A stretch of DNA of 64,000 nucleotides from Myxococcales bacterium (GCA_045863395.1 BTVJ01000001.1:1-64000), one strand, 5' to 3'. Counted from the stretch's first letter, positions 26,715 through 36,887 are shown. Numbers and translations: made by a program. The notes: a model not told the origin generated them from the sequence alone.

Positions 26715-29507
26715 CTACTTCAGCGAGATGAGCGTCGTCGCGATGCCGTCGTTGCCGAAGACGTCGGTGACCCGTGCCGCGATGCGATAGGTGCCCGGCT
26801 GCTCGTAGCGCAGCTCGGCGGTGAGCACGAGCGGGTCGACGTCCTTCTTGCTGCGCCGGGTCCGGAAGCTCTGCCACGCCGTCTCGAAGATCGGCCGGGT
26901 GTCCTCGCCCACGCGGCGCCCGTAGTCCCAGTCCACCGCCCAGAAGTCCACGAACTTCTCCCAGGTCCTGGCCGCTGCCAGCCAGTCGCGCAGCACCGCC
27001 TCACGGGCCGCCCACTTGGCTCGCTCGTCCTCGATCTTCTTGCGCTTCGCGGCGCTCGTCTTGTCGGTCAACGGCGCGAGCGCCGGCCGCTGGCTCGCGA
27101 GGAAGGACTCGGCGTCCACCTCGCAGCGCTCCAGGTGCAGCGTGACGTGGCGCCCATCGACCACCGGGCGGATCACGATGGACAGCGGCGCATAGAAGGC
27201 GGGGATGGCCATCGACTCGAGCGGCGCCTTCGTGGCCGACCGGCGGGCGTCGATGCGCCGCTTGACTTCGTCGATGGCGCTCGCGGGAATGACGCGGATG
27301 CTGACCGTCACGCGGGTCGCGGCCTGGATCGCGTCCTTCTCGCTGCCCGACAGCGTGTCGAAGTCGGCGGAGAGGATGTGCACGGTGCGCAGGTCGGTCT
27401 CGGCCGCCTCGCGGGCGATGGACCACACCTGGCCCACAGAGACCGGCCCGTCGAGAGGCCCGATGTGTACCCAGGCGTCGCCCTTCCTACCGTGCAGCAG
27501 GGGCGAGCGCCGCACCGGATCTCCACCGTAGACCAGGACCATCTCGTCGCGGTAGACCGAGCGCTGCGTCTGGAAGTCCTGCCACTGCTCGGCCCGCTGG
27601 TAGACGCCCATGTTCTCGATGGTGAACGGCCGGACGCTGAGCTTTCCGGGGCTCCGCTGCTTCTTCTCTTTGCGCTCGATGTTCTTGCAGTGCTCGCACT
27701 CGACGTAGTCGTGGACGACCTTCTCGGGCGGCCGATCCTGCCCGTGGAGCTGGATGAGCCGCTTGCGGGCCAGGTGGACCGCGTACTTCCCGTTGTCGAT
27801 GCCGATCCACCGGCGGCCGAGCCGCTCGGCGGCCTCCACGGTGGTGCCGCTGCCCATGAAGCAGTCGAGGACGAGGCCGCCCGGGGGGCAGGAGGCGGAG
27901 ATGATGCGCTCCAGGAGGGCTACCGGCTTCTGGGTGGGGTAGCCGAGGCGGTCCGCGGCTTGGGAGTTGACGGGCGGGATGTCGTCCCAGACGCTCTGGA
28001 GCGGCATCCCGTCATCGGAGAGGAACCGCTTGTAGCGCGGGCGGCCACCCTTCTCGGGATAGTGGATGAGGCCGCGGGCGTCCATCTCGGCCATCGTCTC
28101 TCGGGAGAATCGCCAGCCGTTGGCGGGGGGGGCGTAGCCCTTCCAGACGTAGGTCATGTTCGGACGGGGATTGGGGCTCGTGAGATTGTCCAGCGTGTAC
28201 CGCTGGCCGGTCCGCTCGTCGATGCTCGAGTAGTGGGACCGGATGTACGATGCTTCAAACGGCCCGTACTGTGGAATCCACCAGGGCTCAGACCCAAGGC
28301 CGTAGCACAAGACCACGTCGTGAACGTGATTGAAGCCCTGAGAGTCCGAGCGCGCAGAGGTCCGCTTCCACACGATCTCGTTCCGAAAGCACTCATACCC
28401 AAACACCTCGTCCATCAGCACCTTCACGTAGTGCACCGCGTGCCAGTCCAGGTGCACGTAGATGCTCCCCGCCGGCGCGAGCAGCTCCTTCAAGAGCACG
28501 AGCCGCTCGCGGATCATCGCCAGGAAGCTGTCGAGACCCTGGCGCCACGTGTCCCTGTACGCGAGCAGCTCGACGAGGGACGGCTCCTTGCGGGCCTGCA
28601 CGCCCTCCTCGCCGTCAATCTCGATGTCGATGGCGTTGTCGGCCTGGAAGTCGCTGTTCACCATGAACGGGGGATCGATGTAGACCAGGTCCACCTTGCC
28701 TCGGTAGCGGTATCCGCCGGTCTCCGGGTCGGTCTCGTCGAGCAGCGTGCGGAGCGCCACCACGTTGTCGTTGGTCCAGATGAGGCGGTTCGGGGGCGCC
28801 GCGTCGGCTCGCGTGCCGGCGGCGCGCGCGTTGACCGCCGGGAGCTGCGTGCCGCGCTCGACGGCGCGCCCCGGGTGCACGATCTCGACCACCTGCGTGG
28901 GCACCGACACCGCCGCCTCGCGCCGCTCCATGCCCTGCCAGGCGAGGCGGGGCTGCCGCGGCGCGACCTCCAGCGTGACGGTGCGTCCATTGGACCCGAC
29001 GACCGGCTCGTCGGGCTCTGCGGACTCGTCGACGGTCACAGGCTGGGCGTCGCGACGCCCGTCGCCGCAGTCCGCCGGCGCCGCTTCGGGTTCAAGCGCG
29101 GTCTCGACTGACGCGCTCACGGGAGCCGGCACCGGCTCGTCGTCGATGCGCGTGCCCGGGAGCCCGCCGTCCGGCTCCGCGGTGGCAGCGGTGGAGGCGC
29201 CCCAGAGCGGGAGCTGCTCGTCACTGTCGCGCTCGCCGGCAGCGGCCTGCGCCGACAGGATGCGGTCGATGATGACCTGCTTCTCTCGCCCGTCGCCCGG
29301 GAGCCCGAGCGCCCCGCACATCGCCTTGAGCTGGTCGCGCTTGAGTTGCGCGAGGATGGCCGCCAGGGGCGCGGACGGGTGCTGCGCCAGCTCGACGCGA
29401 AGCTCGTCCACGCGAAGGCGGGCCGCGAGGCGCACGCCCAGGCGCTCACCGACCTCGATGAGGCCCGCCTTGGTCAGCGTCGTCAACGCCCTCAGCTTGA
29501 GATCCAT
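26715..29507 (-). CDS. mod: Type III R-M Mod subunit (beta-class N6-adenine methyltransferase)
   Basis: VYIDPPF (motif IV) precedes YPTQKP..DCFMGSGTT (motif I); lies 9 bp upstream of res. Confidence 0.9.
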   Translation of the reverse strand: MDLKLRALTTLTKAGLIEVGERLGVRLAARLRVDELRVELAQHPSAPLAAILAQLKRDQLKAMCGALGLPGDGREKQVIIDRILSAQAAAGERDSDEQLPLWGASTAATAEPDGGLPGTRIDDEPVPAPVSASVETALEPEAAPADCGDGRRDAQPVTVDESAEPDEPVVGSNGRTVTLEVAPRQPRLAWQGMERREAAVSVPTQVVEIVHPGRAVERGTQLPAVNARAAGTRADAAPPNRLIWTNDNVVALRTLLDETDPETGGYRYRGKVDLVYIDPPFMVNSDFQADNAIDIEIDGEEGVQARKEPSLVELLAYRDTWRQGLDSFLAMIRERLVLLKELLAPAGSIYVHLDWHAVHYVKVLMDEVFGYECFRNEIVWKRTSARSDSQGFNHVHDVVLCYGLGSEPWWIPQYGPFEASYIRSHYSSIDERTGQRYTLDNLTSPNPRPNMTYVWKGYAPPANGWRFSRETMAEMDARGLIHYPEKGGRPRYKRFLSDDGMPLQSVWDDIPPVNSQAADRLGYPTQKPVALLERIISASCPPGGLVLDCFMGSGTTVEAAERLGRRWIGIDNGKYAVHLARKRLIQLHGQDRPPEKVVHDYVECEHCKNIERKEKKQRSPGKLSVRPFTIENMGVYQRAEQWQDFQTQRSVYRDEMVLVYGGDPVRRSPLLHGRKGDAWVHIGPLDGPVSVGQVWSIAREAAETDLRTVHILSADFDTLSGSEKDAIQAATRVTVSIRVIPASAIDEVKRRIDARRSATKAPLESMAIPAFYAPLSIVIRPVVDGRHVTLHLERCEVDAESFLASQRPALAPLTDKTSAAKRKKIEDERAKWAAREAVLRDWLAAARTWEKFVDFWAVDWDYGRRVGEDTRPIFETAWQSFRTRRSKKDVDPLVLTAELRYEQPGTYRIAARVTDVFGNDGIATTLISLK

Positions 29508-29574
29508 GGCTCACTCCCGGACTGCAGGCGGGGTCGGAGGGTCACTCACCGGGCCGACGACGGCCTCGCGCCGG

Positions 29575-29886
29575 TCACCCGTCCTCACGGATGCGCACCA
29601 GAACGCGCGGGACCTGGAAGTCGACCCTGGGCGGGCACCGGTCGTCGTAGTTCTTGCGCTTCAATGGGTAGGGGAGGTCAGCGCCCCTCACCCCCCCCAT
29701 CAGGCACTTGAGCTGTACGTCGATCTTGGGCGAGCGGACAGCGCCGCGAAGTCCACGGTCGGAGATGGTCAGGTCCACGCTGTCGTCGTCTGGCGAGGCG
29801 CCGGCTTGGACCTTGAATCCGACGGCGCTTGCGACGGCGTGAACGCAGGCACGACTGAACTCCTCCTGCTGGTGCGCCAGGAACAT
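29575..29886 (-). pseudogene. Truncated DUF4365 (PD-(D/E)xK-like) gene
   Basis: QEEFSRA.VHAVAS..DDDSVD..PKIDVQLKC..YPLKRKNYDD..PRVLV, then a stop at 103 aa before the usual C-terminal part. Confidence 0.65.
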
Positions 29887-30132
29887 CAGGAACCCCGTGC
29901 CATCCGTGCCTCGATGCGAGGCGGTCGGTCCGAATCGCGCCGCGGTCGCGGCCTCCGCGCTGGACGATAGCCCGAGCGAGCGGCGCTCGGCAACACGCCG
30001 AGGGGGTGTCGGTCCGGCCGCGCGCGCCCCACGACCCGCCCGTCAACCGTGGGGGCCCCCCACGCTCGCCCCGCTGGACACGGCTCCGGGGACCCGGCCC
30101 GTGGTGGTCGAGAAGCACCGCGCGCCGTCCGG

Positions 30133-30708
30133 CTACTTGCCGCCCTTTCGCCGCGGGGCCCGCAGCGTGACCCGGATGGGCGGTGACCGCGGCGCCCCCT
30201 CCCACGTGGCCTCCGCGGTGAACGCGGCGCGGCAGGCGGCCGTGAGATCGCCCGGCGTGCCCTGCGCCGCCGCGGCGGGCCCGGGGAGCACCCGGTAGTC
30301 CACGTCGTAGCTGCCGGGAGGCGGCGGGTCCCACATGCCGCCGCCACACCCAAAGTCTTCCAGGACGACGCGGTGGACCTCGCCCGGCGCCAGAGTCAGG
30401 AGCGACCCGCCCGGATCCCCCGCCTCCTTCACGCAGGCGCAGGAGTGGACGAGCACGTGCAAGCGTCCGTCCTTCGCACTGCGAAAGACCAGGCCGTGTT
30501 GCTCCAGATCGCGCAGCACGACGGGATCCGGCCCCTCATTGCGCAGGGTCACAGCCACCTTTCCGACCAGCCCGGCCTCCCCGTCCTTGCCGCCGAACCA
30601 CTGGAGGCGCAGGGGCCGCTCCACCTTCAGCTCCACACGGATGGGGTCCGCGGCAGCCGGCGCGACCAGCAGGCAGAGCGCGGCGAGGATCGCGCCAAGG
30701 CGGCTCAC
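30133..30708 (-). CDS. Secreted hypothetical protein
   Basis: Signal peptide, Ig-like strands; start overlaps the upstream stop. Confidence 0.65.
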   Translation of the reverse strand: MSRLGAILAALCLLVAPAAADPIRVELKVERPLRLQWFGGKDGEAGLVGKVAVTLRNEGPDPVVLRDLEQHGLVFRSAKDGRLHVLVHSCACVKEAGDPGGSLLTLAPGEVHRVVLEDFGCGGGMWDPPPPGSYDVDYRVLPGPAAAAQGTPGDLTAACRAAFTAEATWEGAPRSPPIRVTLRAPRRKGGK

Positions 30709-31088
30709 GGCGCCCTCCCCGCCGCGCGCCTGCTCGGGTCACCGAGCCGCGTGTTCAGATCGACGGCCTCCCGCACGAGCGCGGCGAGCACGTCCGCGCG
30801 AATGTCGGCGGCGGCGGCGAGCTTGACGTGGCGCATGGCGTCGCCGGTCCCCTCAAGGACCCCCGCAGGGTCGCTGAGCTGGGTGCCCCGCCAGAAGCCG
30901 AAGTTGACGGCCTTGCTGAAGGCCTTGACGTAGCAGACGGGCCCCCCGTGGGACCAGACCGGCTGGCCCCACTTGATGGCCTCGGTGGCGCCGGGGGCTG
31001 CCTCGCGCACGATGGCGCACACCCGCTCGACCACCTCGCGCTGCCACCCTCCCAAGCCCCCAACGTAGTCATCGACGGTCTTCGCCAT
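30705..31088 (-). CDS. DUF1801 (YdhG-like) protein
   Basis: EAIKWGQPVW, VNFGFWRG..L.DP.GVLEGTG..MRHVK. Confidence 0.85.
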   Translation of the reverse strand: MAKTVDDYVGGLGGWQREVVERVCAIVREAAPGATEAIKWGQPVWSHGGPVCYVKAFSKAVNFGFWRGTQLSDPAGVLEGTGDAMRHVKLAAAADIRADVLAALVREAVDLNTRLGDPSRRAAGRAP

Positions 31089-31104
31089 GAGGCCCTCGCA
31101 CGGC

Positions 31105-31470
31105 TCACTCGGGCCTGTGGCACACGACCTCGACGTTGTGGCCGTCGGGGTCGAAGACGAAGGCGCCGTAGTAGCTCGCATGGTACTGGGGTCGCAGGCC
31201 CGGGCCGCCGTTGTCGACGCCGCCCGCGGTGAGCGCCGCCGCGTGGAAGGCGTCCACCTGGGCGCGGCTCGCCGCGTGGAATGCGATGTGCAGCTTGGGG
31301 CCCGTCTTGCCCTCCTGCGCGAGCCAGAAGTCGGGCTTGCGGTCGGCCCCGAGCCCGACGACCCCCTCGAACTGCATGAGGACGCCGTACCCCAGGGGCG
31401 CCAGGGCTGCCTGGTAGAAGGCAGCGGACTGGGCCAGGTCACTGACGGACACTCCGATGTGGTCGATCAT
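31105..31470 (-). CDS. VOC/glyoxalase family protein
   Basis: MIDHIGVSVSD, HIAF, GGVDNGGPGLRP.YH..YYGAFVFDPDGHNVEVV; GGAGG RBS. Confidence 0.92.
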   Translation of the reverse strand: MIDHIGVSVSDLAQSAAFYQAALAPLGYGVLMQFEGVVGLGADRKPDFWLAQEGKTGPKLHIAFHAASRAQVDAFHAAALTAGGVDNGGPGLRPQYHASYYGAFVFDPDGHNVEVVCHRPE

Positions 31471-31568
31471 GCTGTCACCTCCTGTGTGGGGAGCCCATGA
31501 TGCCACCGCGCCGCCGAACGCGGAAGCCCCGGGCATCGATCAGGGGCGAACCGCGCGGCAGCGCGCCG

Positions 31569-33137
31569 TCATCGCAGCAGCAGGGCGTGCCGCTCGAACG
31601 GCAGCGCCCGCCACCCGGGGAGGGCGTCGAGCGCCGCCGGCACGAACGCCTGGGGGAGCACCACCGCGGTCAGGTCTTCGGCGGCGACCACCCGGGCCAG
31701 CCGCGGGGCGTCCACGCTCGCGCCCTGGACGAGCCCGTCGAGCTCCTTCAGGCGCTCGTCGAAGCGCGGCGTCAGGAACCACTGGCCCACGACCACGCGG
31801 TGAGGCGTGCGCGCGGGAATGAGGTTCCCCATGGCGGCCGGCGCAAGTACGCGCCCGGGAGGCTCGGAGGCGAGGCGCCCCACGATGGCCAGGGTCTCGC
31901 TCGGGACCTTGCCGTCGCGCAGGTTCTCCGCGACGTCGTCCGCCGTCACCAGCAGCGCGGGTGCGAACAGCAGCACGGAGAGCCCGCCTGCGACGGCCCT
32001 CAACGGAGGGGTCGACCGCCGAGAGAGGACGTCCGCGACCACGGGCGCCGCCACGAGGCACACGGGGAGACACAGGTGGAACACGAAGTGGTAGCCGTTG
32101 ATGACCGGTGAGGTGTGGAGGAGCACGACGGCGAGGGTCCACGCGGCCAGGGCGAAGCGCCAGGGGTGGCCGTCCGCGACGAGGCGCTGCCACCCCGCCA
32201 TGGCGCAGAAGAACAGACCGCCGAGGGTCGCCGGGTACCAGAACACCGACAGCGCGTTGAGCCCGAACACCCCCCCGGAGGCCTCCCGAAACACCGGGTC
32301 GCCCATCTGCCACAGGGACACAGGGAGGAGCACGGTCACGGCGGCGACCAGGGGCGCCGCCAGCCGCACCGACTCCCGCCACGGGCCGCCGAACAGCATC
32401 TGGACGACGGGCAGGGTCAGGAGCGCCCCGATGGCCACGATGGCCGAGTAGGGGTGGACCCAGTGGAGCAGCACGAGCAGGACCGCGACCGGCCATCGGG
32501 CGCGGGGCTGCGGATCGAGGGCGCGCCCGAGCACCGCGAGGGTCAGGCAGAGCCCGGCAACCCAGAGGGGGTTATGGAGCGCCGTGAACCCGCTCCAGCC
32601 GTTGAGGGTCGTCAGGTCGCCCGCCAGGAGCCGGTCGAGCTCCGGGGTGCGCCCCTCCAGCAGCCGGCGCACCAGCGGCTCCACTCCGCTGGCGAGCCCC
32701 ACCAGCCAGACGGCGGCCGCCGGCGCACCGGCGTGCCCCGGGTGCACCCGCGCGGCCGTCCGCCACACCAGGACGAACAGCGCGGCCAGCAGGGGGACGC
32801 GGGAGAGCTCCAGGACCCAGAGGGGCTCCAGGCCCGTGATCCCGCACACGACCCCGAGGAGCTGGTGGAACAGCAGCAGGAAGCGGCCATCCTGAGGCGC
32901 GGTGGTGTAGGGATCGACCAGGAAGCCGAACCCTTCGGCAGCTTGCCGGATGAAGGCCTCGTAGGCGAGGAAGTCCTTGGCATTGTACCCGATGCCCAGC
33001 CAGGCGCGCCCCTCGGGGGCGTCGGACACCTGCACGGCCACGAACGGCACGGCGCGGAGGAGCCCCACCACGCACGTCGCCAGGGCCACGTGGACCCACA
33101 TCTGCGGACGCGCGCTCTGCATCGGGGAGCCGGGCAT
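31569..33137 (-). CDS. Multi-pass membrane protein, possibly GT-C glycosyltransferase-like
   Basis: About 11 hydrophobic segments, acidic first loop (D...Y), soluble C-terminal domain; start uncertain. Confidence 0.65.
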   Translation of the reverse strand: MPGSPMQSARPQMWVHVALATCVVGLLRAVPFVAVQVSDAPEGRAWLGIGYNAKDFLAYEAFIRQAAEGFGFLVDPYTTAPQDGRFLLLFHQLLGVVCGITGLEPLWVLELSRVPLLAALFVLVWRTAARVHPGHAGAPAAAVWLVGLASGVEPLVRRLLEGRTPELDRLLAGDLTTLNGWSGFTALHNPLWVAGLCLTLAVLGRALDPQPRARWPVAVLLVLLHWVHPYSAIVAIGALLTLPVVQMLFGGPWRESVRLAAPLVAAVTVLLPVSLWQMGDPVFREASGGVFGLNALSVFWYPATLGGLFFCAMAGWQRLVADGHPWRFALAAWTLAVVLLHTSPVINGYHFVFHLCLPVCLVAAPVVADVLSRRSTPPLRAVAGGLSVLLFAPALLVTADDVAENLRDGKVPSETLAIVGRLASEPPGRVLAPAAMGNLIPARTPHRVVVGQWFLTPRFDERLKELDGLVQGASVDAPRLARVVAAEDLTAVVLPQAFVPAALDALPGWRALPFERHALLLR

Positions 33138-33221
33138 CGCGCCATGGTAGCCGCAGGCCTCCGACGGGCGCAACGGCGTGGCGTCAGGCTCCGAGGTGGG
33201 CTGAGACGGGCGCCCCCATGC

Positions 33222-36200
33222 TCACCAGCACAGACAGCTCCCCATGGAGCAGTAGCCCCCATTGGGGCACTGGACCCAGCAGTCGATCGGCGTGCCGTAG
33301 CACCACCCGCCGCTGCACCAGTCCCCCTGGGTGCAGGGGTCACCGTCGTCGCACCAGCCTCCGCCGCTCGGGAACTGGCACCCCCCGTCGTAGCACTGGT
33401 CGTCCGTGCACGGGTTGCCGTCCCAGCACGTCCTGGGTGTGCCCGAGCAGCCACCGTTGGAGCAGGTGTCGCCCTCCGTGCACCCGTCACCGTCGTCGCA
33501 GCCCGCGCTGGAGGGTGGGTGCTCGCACCCGTTCCACCACGTGCAGTTGTCCTCCGTGCATGGGTTGCCGTCGTTGCAGGCTACGGCGCCCCCCCCGGCG
33601 CATCCGCCGCCCTGGCAGTGGTCGCTGTGGGTGCAGGCGTCGCCGTCGTTGCACGAGGCGCTGTTGTTGGAGTGCTTGCAGCCGTTGGCGCACCAGTCGT
33701 CGGTGCAGGCGTTGCCGTCGTCGCACGAGTCCCACGCGCCCCCGACGCACCACCCGCCGCTGCACCCGTCCCCCAGGGTGCAGGGGTCGCCGTCGTCGCA
33801 CCACCCGGACGTGGGCACGTGGGTGCACCCTCCAGAGCAGCCGTCGAGGGTGCAGGGGTTGCCGTCGTTGCAGTTCTTCTGCGCGCCCCCGACGCAGCCC
33901 CCACCTGAGCAGGTGTCCCCCTCGGTGCAGGGGTTCCCGTCGTCGCAGCCCCCGGGGGTCGGCGAGTAGACGCAGCCGACGCCGCCATCGCACCAGTCGA
34001 CGGTGCAGACGTTCCCGTCGTTGCAGGCCACCTGCTGGCCGCCGCCACAGCTCCCGCCCTGGCAGGACTCACCGGTCGTACAGGCGTTGCCGTCGTTGCA
34101 CCCGCCCGACGCTGGGTTGTGGGCGCACATGGAGGCAAACCCGATGCAGTAGTCGTCGGTGCAGGGGTTGCCGTCGTTGCACGTGTGGGGCGTCCCCGTG
34201 CACCAGCCGCCCGAGCACGAGTCGTTGAGGGTGCAGAAGTTGTAGTCGTCGCAGGGACCCGAGATCGTGGCGTGGGTGCACCCCTGGGGCGTGCACTCGT
34301 CCTTGGTGCACTGGTTGTAGTCGTTGCAGGAGCCGTCGCCCTGGCCCACGCAGACCCCGCCCTGGCACGTCCCCGGCGCGGTGCACGGGTTGCCGTCGTC
34401 GCAGGACCCAGACGCCCACCCGTAGGTGCAGCCGCTGCTGGGGCTGCACCCGTCGGTCGTGCACGGGTTGCCGTCGTTGCAGCTCGGGGGAGGCCCGCCT
34501 TGACACCACCCGCCGCTGCAGACGTCGCCTACGGTGCAGGCGTTGCCGTCGTCACAGATCGCGCTCACCGGGGTGTGCTGGCAGCCGGTGGGGTGGTTGC
34601 ACCAGCCCTCGGTGCAGGGGTTCCCGTCATCGCACCAGGGCTCCCAGCCGCCGGTGCAGACGCCGCCCTGGCACGCCTCGCCCACCGTGCAGGCGTCTCC
34701 GTCGGAGCAGGCGGTCCCGTTGGGGACCGGTGCGGGCACGCAGAGCCCCGTCGCAGGGACGCAGGTGATCGCCTTGCAGGCGTCGCCAGACGGAGGGCAC
34801 GCCACCGCCGTCCCCGGCGCCACCTTGCAGGTGCCGCCCACGCACTGGGCCTTGTCGTTGCACAGGTTGCCGTCCGTCTCGCAGTCCGCGTCCCCCTGGC
34901 ACGGGCACGGCGCAGGCGTGCCGGCGCACACGCCCCCGGCGCACGTGTCGCCGGCCGTACACGGGTCGCCGTCGTCGCAGGCAGCGGTCGACGGTGTCGC
35001 CGTGCAGCCGGTCGCGGGGGAGCACCCGTCCACGGTGCAGGGGTTGCCGTCGTCGCAGGGCACGGGCGTGCCCGCGCACCCTCCCGCCGTACAGGTGTCG
35101 TTGGCCGTGCAGGCGCTCCCGTCGTCGCAGGGCCCGGAGACCGCGGCGTGGGTGCACCCGGTCGCCGGAGCACAGCCGTCGGTCGTGCAGGGATCGCCGT
35201 CGTCGCAAGCGGCCACGGCCCCCGCCGCGCACTGCCCGCCGGAGCAGGCGTCGCCCACCGTGCAGGCGTTCCCGTCGTCGCACGGCGCCTCTTTAGGGCT
35301 GTTGGTGCAGCCCACGCCGGGCACGCAGGTGTCCACCGTGCAAGGGTTGGCGTCGTCGCAGCCCAGCGCGACGCCCACGCAAGCCCCGGCGGAGCAGCCG
35401 TCGCCCACGGTGCAGGGGTTGCCGTCGTCACAGGGGCCCGGCGCTGGGAGGTGGGTGCACCCCACGGCGGGAGCGCAGCCGTCGAGCGTACACGGGTTGC
35501 CGTCGTCGCAGGGGAGCGCCCCGCCCGCGCACCCGCCCTCGACACAGACGTCGTCCACGGTGCAGGGGTCCCCGTCGTCGCAGGGGGGGCCGGTCAGCGG
35601 CGCGGGCTCGCAGGTTCCGGTTCCTGGGGCGCAAACCGGCTTGACGCAGGGATTGCCCCCCTTCGGGCAGGCGACGACGCTCCCGGGCGCCACGACACAG
35701 ACCCCCCCGGTGCAGACCAGTGCTCCGTTGCACGGGTCGCCGTCGTCGTGGAGTGCGCAGTCCTCGTCCACGCTGCACCCGCAGGAGCCCGCACCCTCGC
35801 AGGCACCCGCGACGCACTGGTCGTCCAAGGTGCACGGGTTGCCGTCGTCGCAGGGGCCATCCGCAGGAGCGTGGACACAGCCCGTCAGGGGGTCGCAGGC
35901 ATCCGCGGTGCACGGGTCCCCGTCATCGCACGACGGCGGCGGACCGCCCGCGCAGACGCCCTGGAAGCAGATGTCGAAGGCCGTGCACGGGTCGCCGTCC
36001 TCGCACGACGGCCCCGAGGCAGGCGCGTGGACGCACCCATCTGCACCGCACTGGTCGTGGGTACAGGGGTCGCCGTCGTCGCAGTCCGAGTCGACGCTGC
36101 ACGCGCCCGGTCCCCCGTCCGCCCCGTCCGCCCCGTCCGCGCCGTCCGCGCCGTCGGGCTCCTCCGCCGCGTCGAGCGGCCCCGCGCCGTCCCCGACGTC

Positions 36201-36680
36201 CCACACGTGGGCGCCATCCTCCGCGTCCTCCGCGTCCCACATCCCCCCCGCGTCCCACACGTCCGGGACCCACGAGTCCGCGTCCCACCCGTCGCTCCCG
36301 TCGTCGACGCCCGCGTCCTCGGCGGTGTCCCACGGGACGTCCGGTACCAGCACGTCGCCTGGGACGTCGGCGACCCCACCGTCCGTCACCCCGCCGGGAC
36401 CCGCGTCCAGACCCACGTCCGGGAGGTGCGCCGTGGACCCATCGAGGCCATCACTCGACTTCGAGTCCTCCCCCCCGATGCCGGCCACGTCGCCCGCGTC
36501 GCCGCTCCAGGCGTCGCCCCCAGCCACGGGCACGCACACGCCGACCGCCTCCCCCGGGGCGCGCTCGCACCGCCACCCGTCGCCGCAGGAGGCGCCCTCG
36601 CTGCATGCGTAGGTCCAGCCGTCCACGTCGACGGGCGCACATGCCGCCAGTGGGAAGAGCAACAACAGTGCGCTGCGCAT
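33222..36680 (-). CDS. Large Cys-rich repeat lipoprotein (CDDGNPCT / Dictyostelium-type repeats)
   Basis: LAAC lipobox, acidic low-complexity stalk, dozens of C(D/N)DG(N/D)(P/A)CT units. Confidence 0.85.
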   Translation of the reverse strand: MRSALLLLFPLAACAPVDVDGWTYACSEGASCGDGWRCERAPGEAVGVCVPVAGGDAWSGDAGDVAGIGGEDSKSSDGLDGSTAHLPDVGLDAGPGGVTDGGVADVPGDVLVPDVPWDTAEDAGVDDGSDGWDADSWVPDVWDAGGMWDAEDAEDGAHVWDVGDGAGPLDAAEEPDGADGADGADGADGGPGACSVDSDCDDGDPCTHDQCGADGCVHAPASGPSCEDGDPCTAFDICFQGVCAGGPPPSCDDGDPCTADACDPLTGCVHAPADGPCDDGNPCTLDDQCVAGACEGAGSCGCSVDEDCALHDDGDPCNGALVCTGGVCVVAPGSVVACPKGGNPCVKPVCAPGTGTCEPAPLTGPPCDDGDPCTVDDVCVEGGCAGGALPCDDGNPCTLDGCAPAVGCTHLPAPGPCDDGNPCTVGDGCSAGACVGVALGCDDANPCTVDTCVPGVGCTNSPKEAPCDDGNACTVGDACSGGQCAAGAVAACDDGDPCTTDGCAPATGCTHAAVSGPCDDGSACTANDTCTAGGCAGTPVPCDDGNPCTVDGCSPATGCTATPSTAACDDGDPCTAGDTCAGGVCAGTPAPCPCQGDADCETDGNLCNDKAQCVGGTCKVAPGTAVACPPSGDACKAITCVPATGLCVPAPVPNGTACSDGDACTVGEACQGGVCTGGWEPWCDDGNPCTEGWCNHPTGCQHTPVSAICDDGNACTVGDVCSGGWCQGGPPPSCNDGNPCTTDGCSPSSGCTYGWASGSCDDGNPCTAPGTCQGGVCVGQGDGSCNDYNQCTKDECTPQGCTHATISGPCDDYNFCTLNDSCSGGWCTGTPHTCNDGNPCTDDYCIGFASMCAHNPASGGCNDGNACTTGESCQGGSCGGGQQVACNDGNVCTVDWCDGGVGCVYSPTPGGCDDGNPCTEGDTCSGGGCVGGAQKNCNDGNPCTLDGCSGGCTHVPTSGWCDDGDPCTLGDGCSGGWCVGGAWDSCDDGNACTDDWCANGCKHSNNSASCNDGDACTHSDHCQGGGCAGGGAVACNDGNPCTEDNCTWWNGCEHPPSSAGCDDGDGCTEGDTCSNGGCSGTPRTCWDGNPCTDDQCYDGGCQFPSGGGWCDDGDPCTQGDWCSGGWCYGTPIDCWVQCPNGGYCSMGSCLCW

Positions 36681-36887
36681 GGTCAGAACCTCCCTTCGAC
36701 GGCTGCGCCGCCGGGCCAGGCCAGCAGCGGCGGGGTCGCCTCCAGCCCGGGCGCGCCATCGAGGAGCAGCACCGAGAGTAGCCCAGGGTGCCGCCCCGGG
36801 GCGCCTGCGGACGCTAGCAGAGGCCCGACGGGGACGCCAGAGTGAGCGACAGCGAGCGGTTTCCGCGAGGATGGCCCATCGGAAGCG

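Noticed and set aside
27680..27705. CEHCK in Mod as a haem-binding motif
   Set aside because: It is not CxxCH and the protein is cytoplasmic; at most half a Zn site.
24585..29111. 1508-aa plus-strand ORF
   Set aside because: Antisense shadow of mod/res in high-GC DNA; no motifs.
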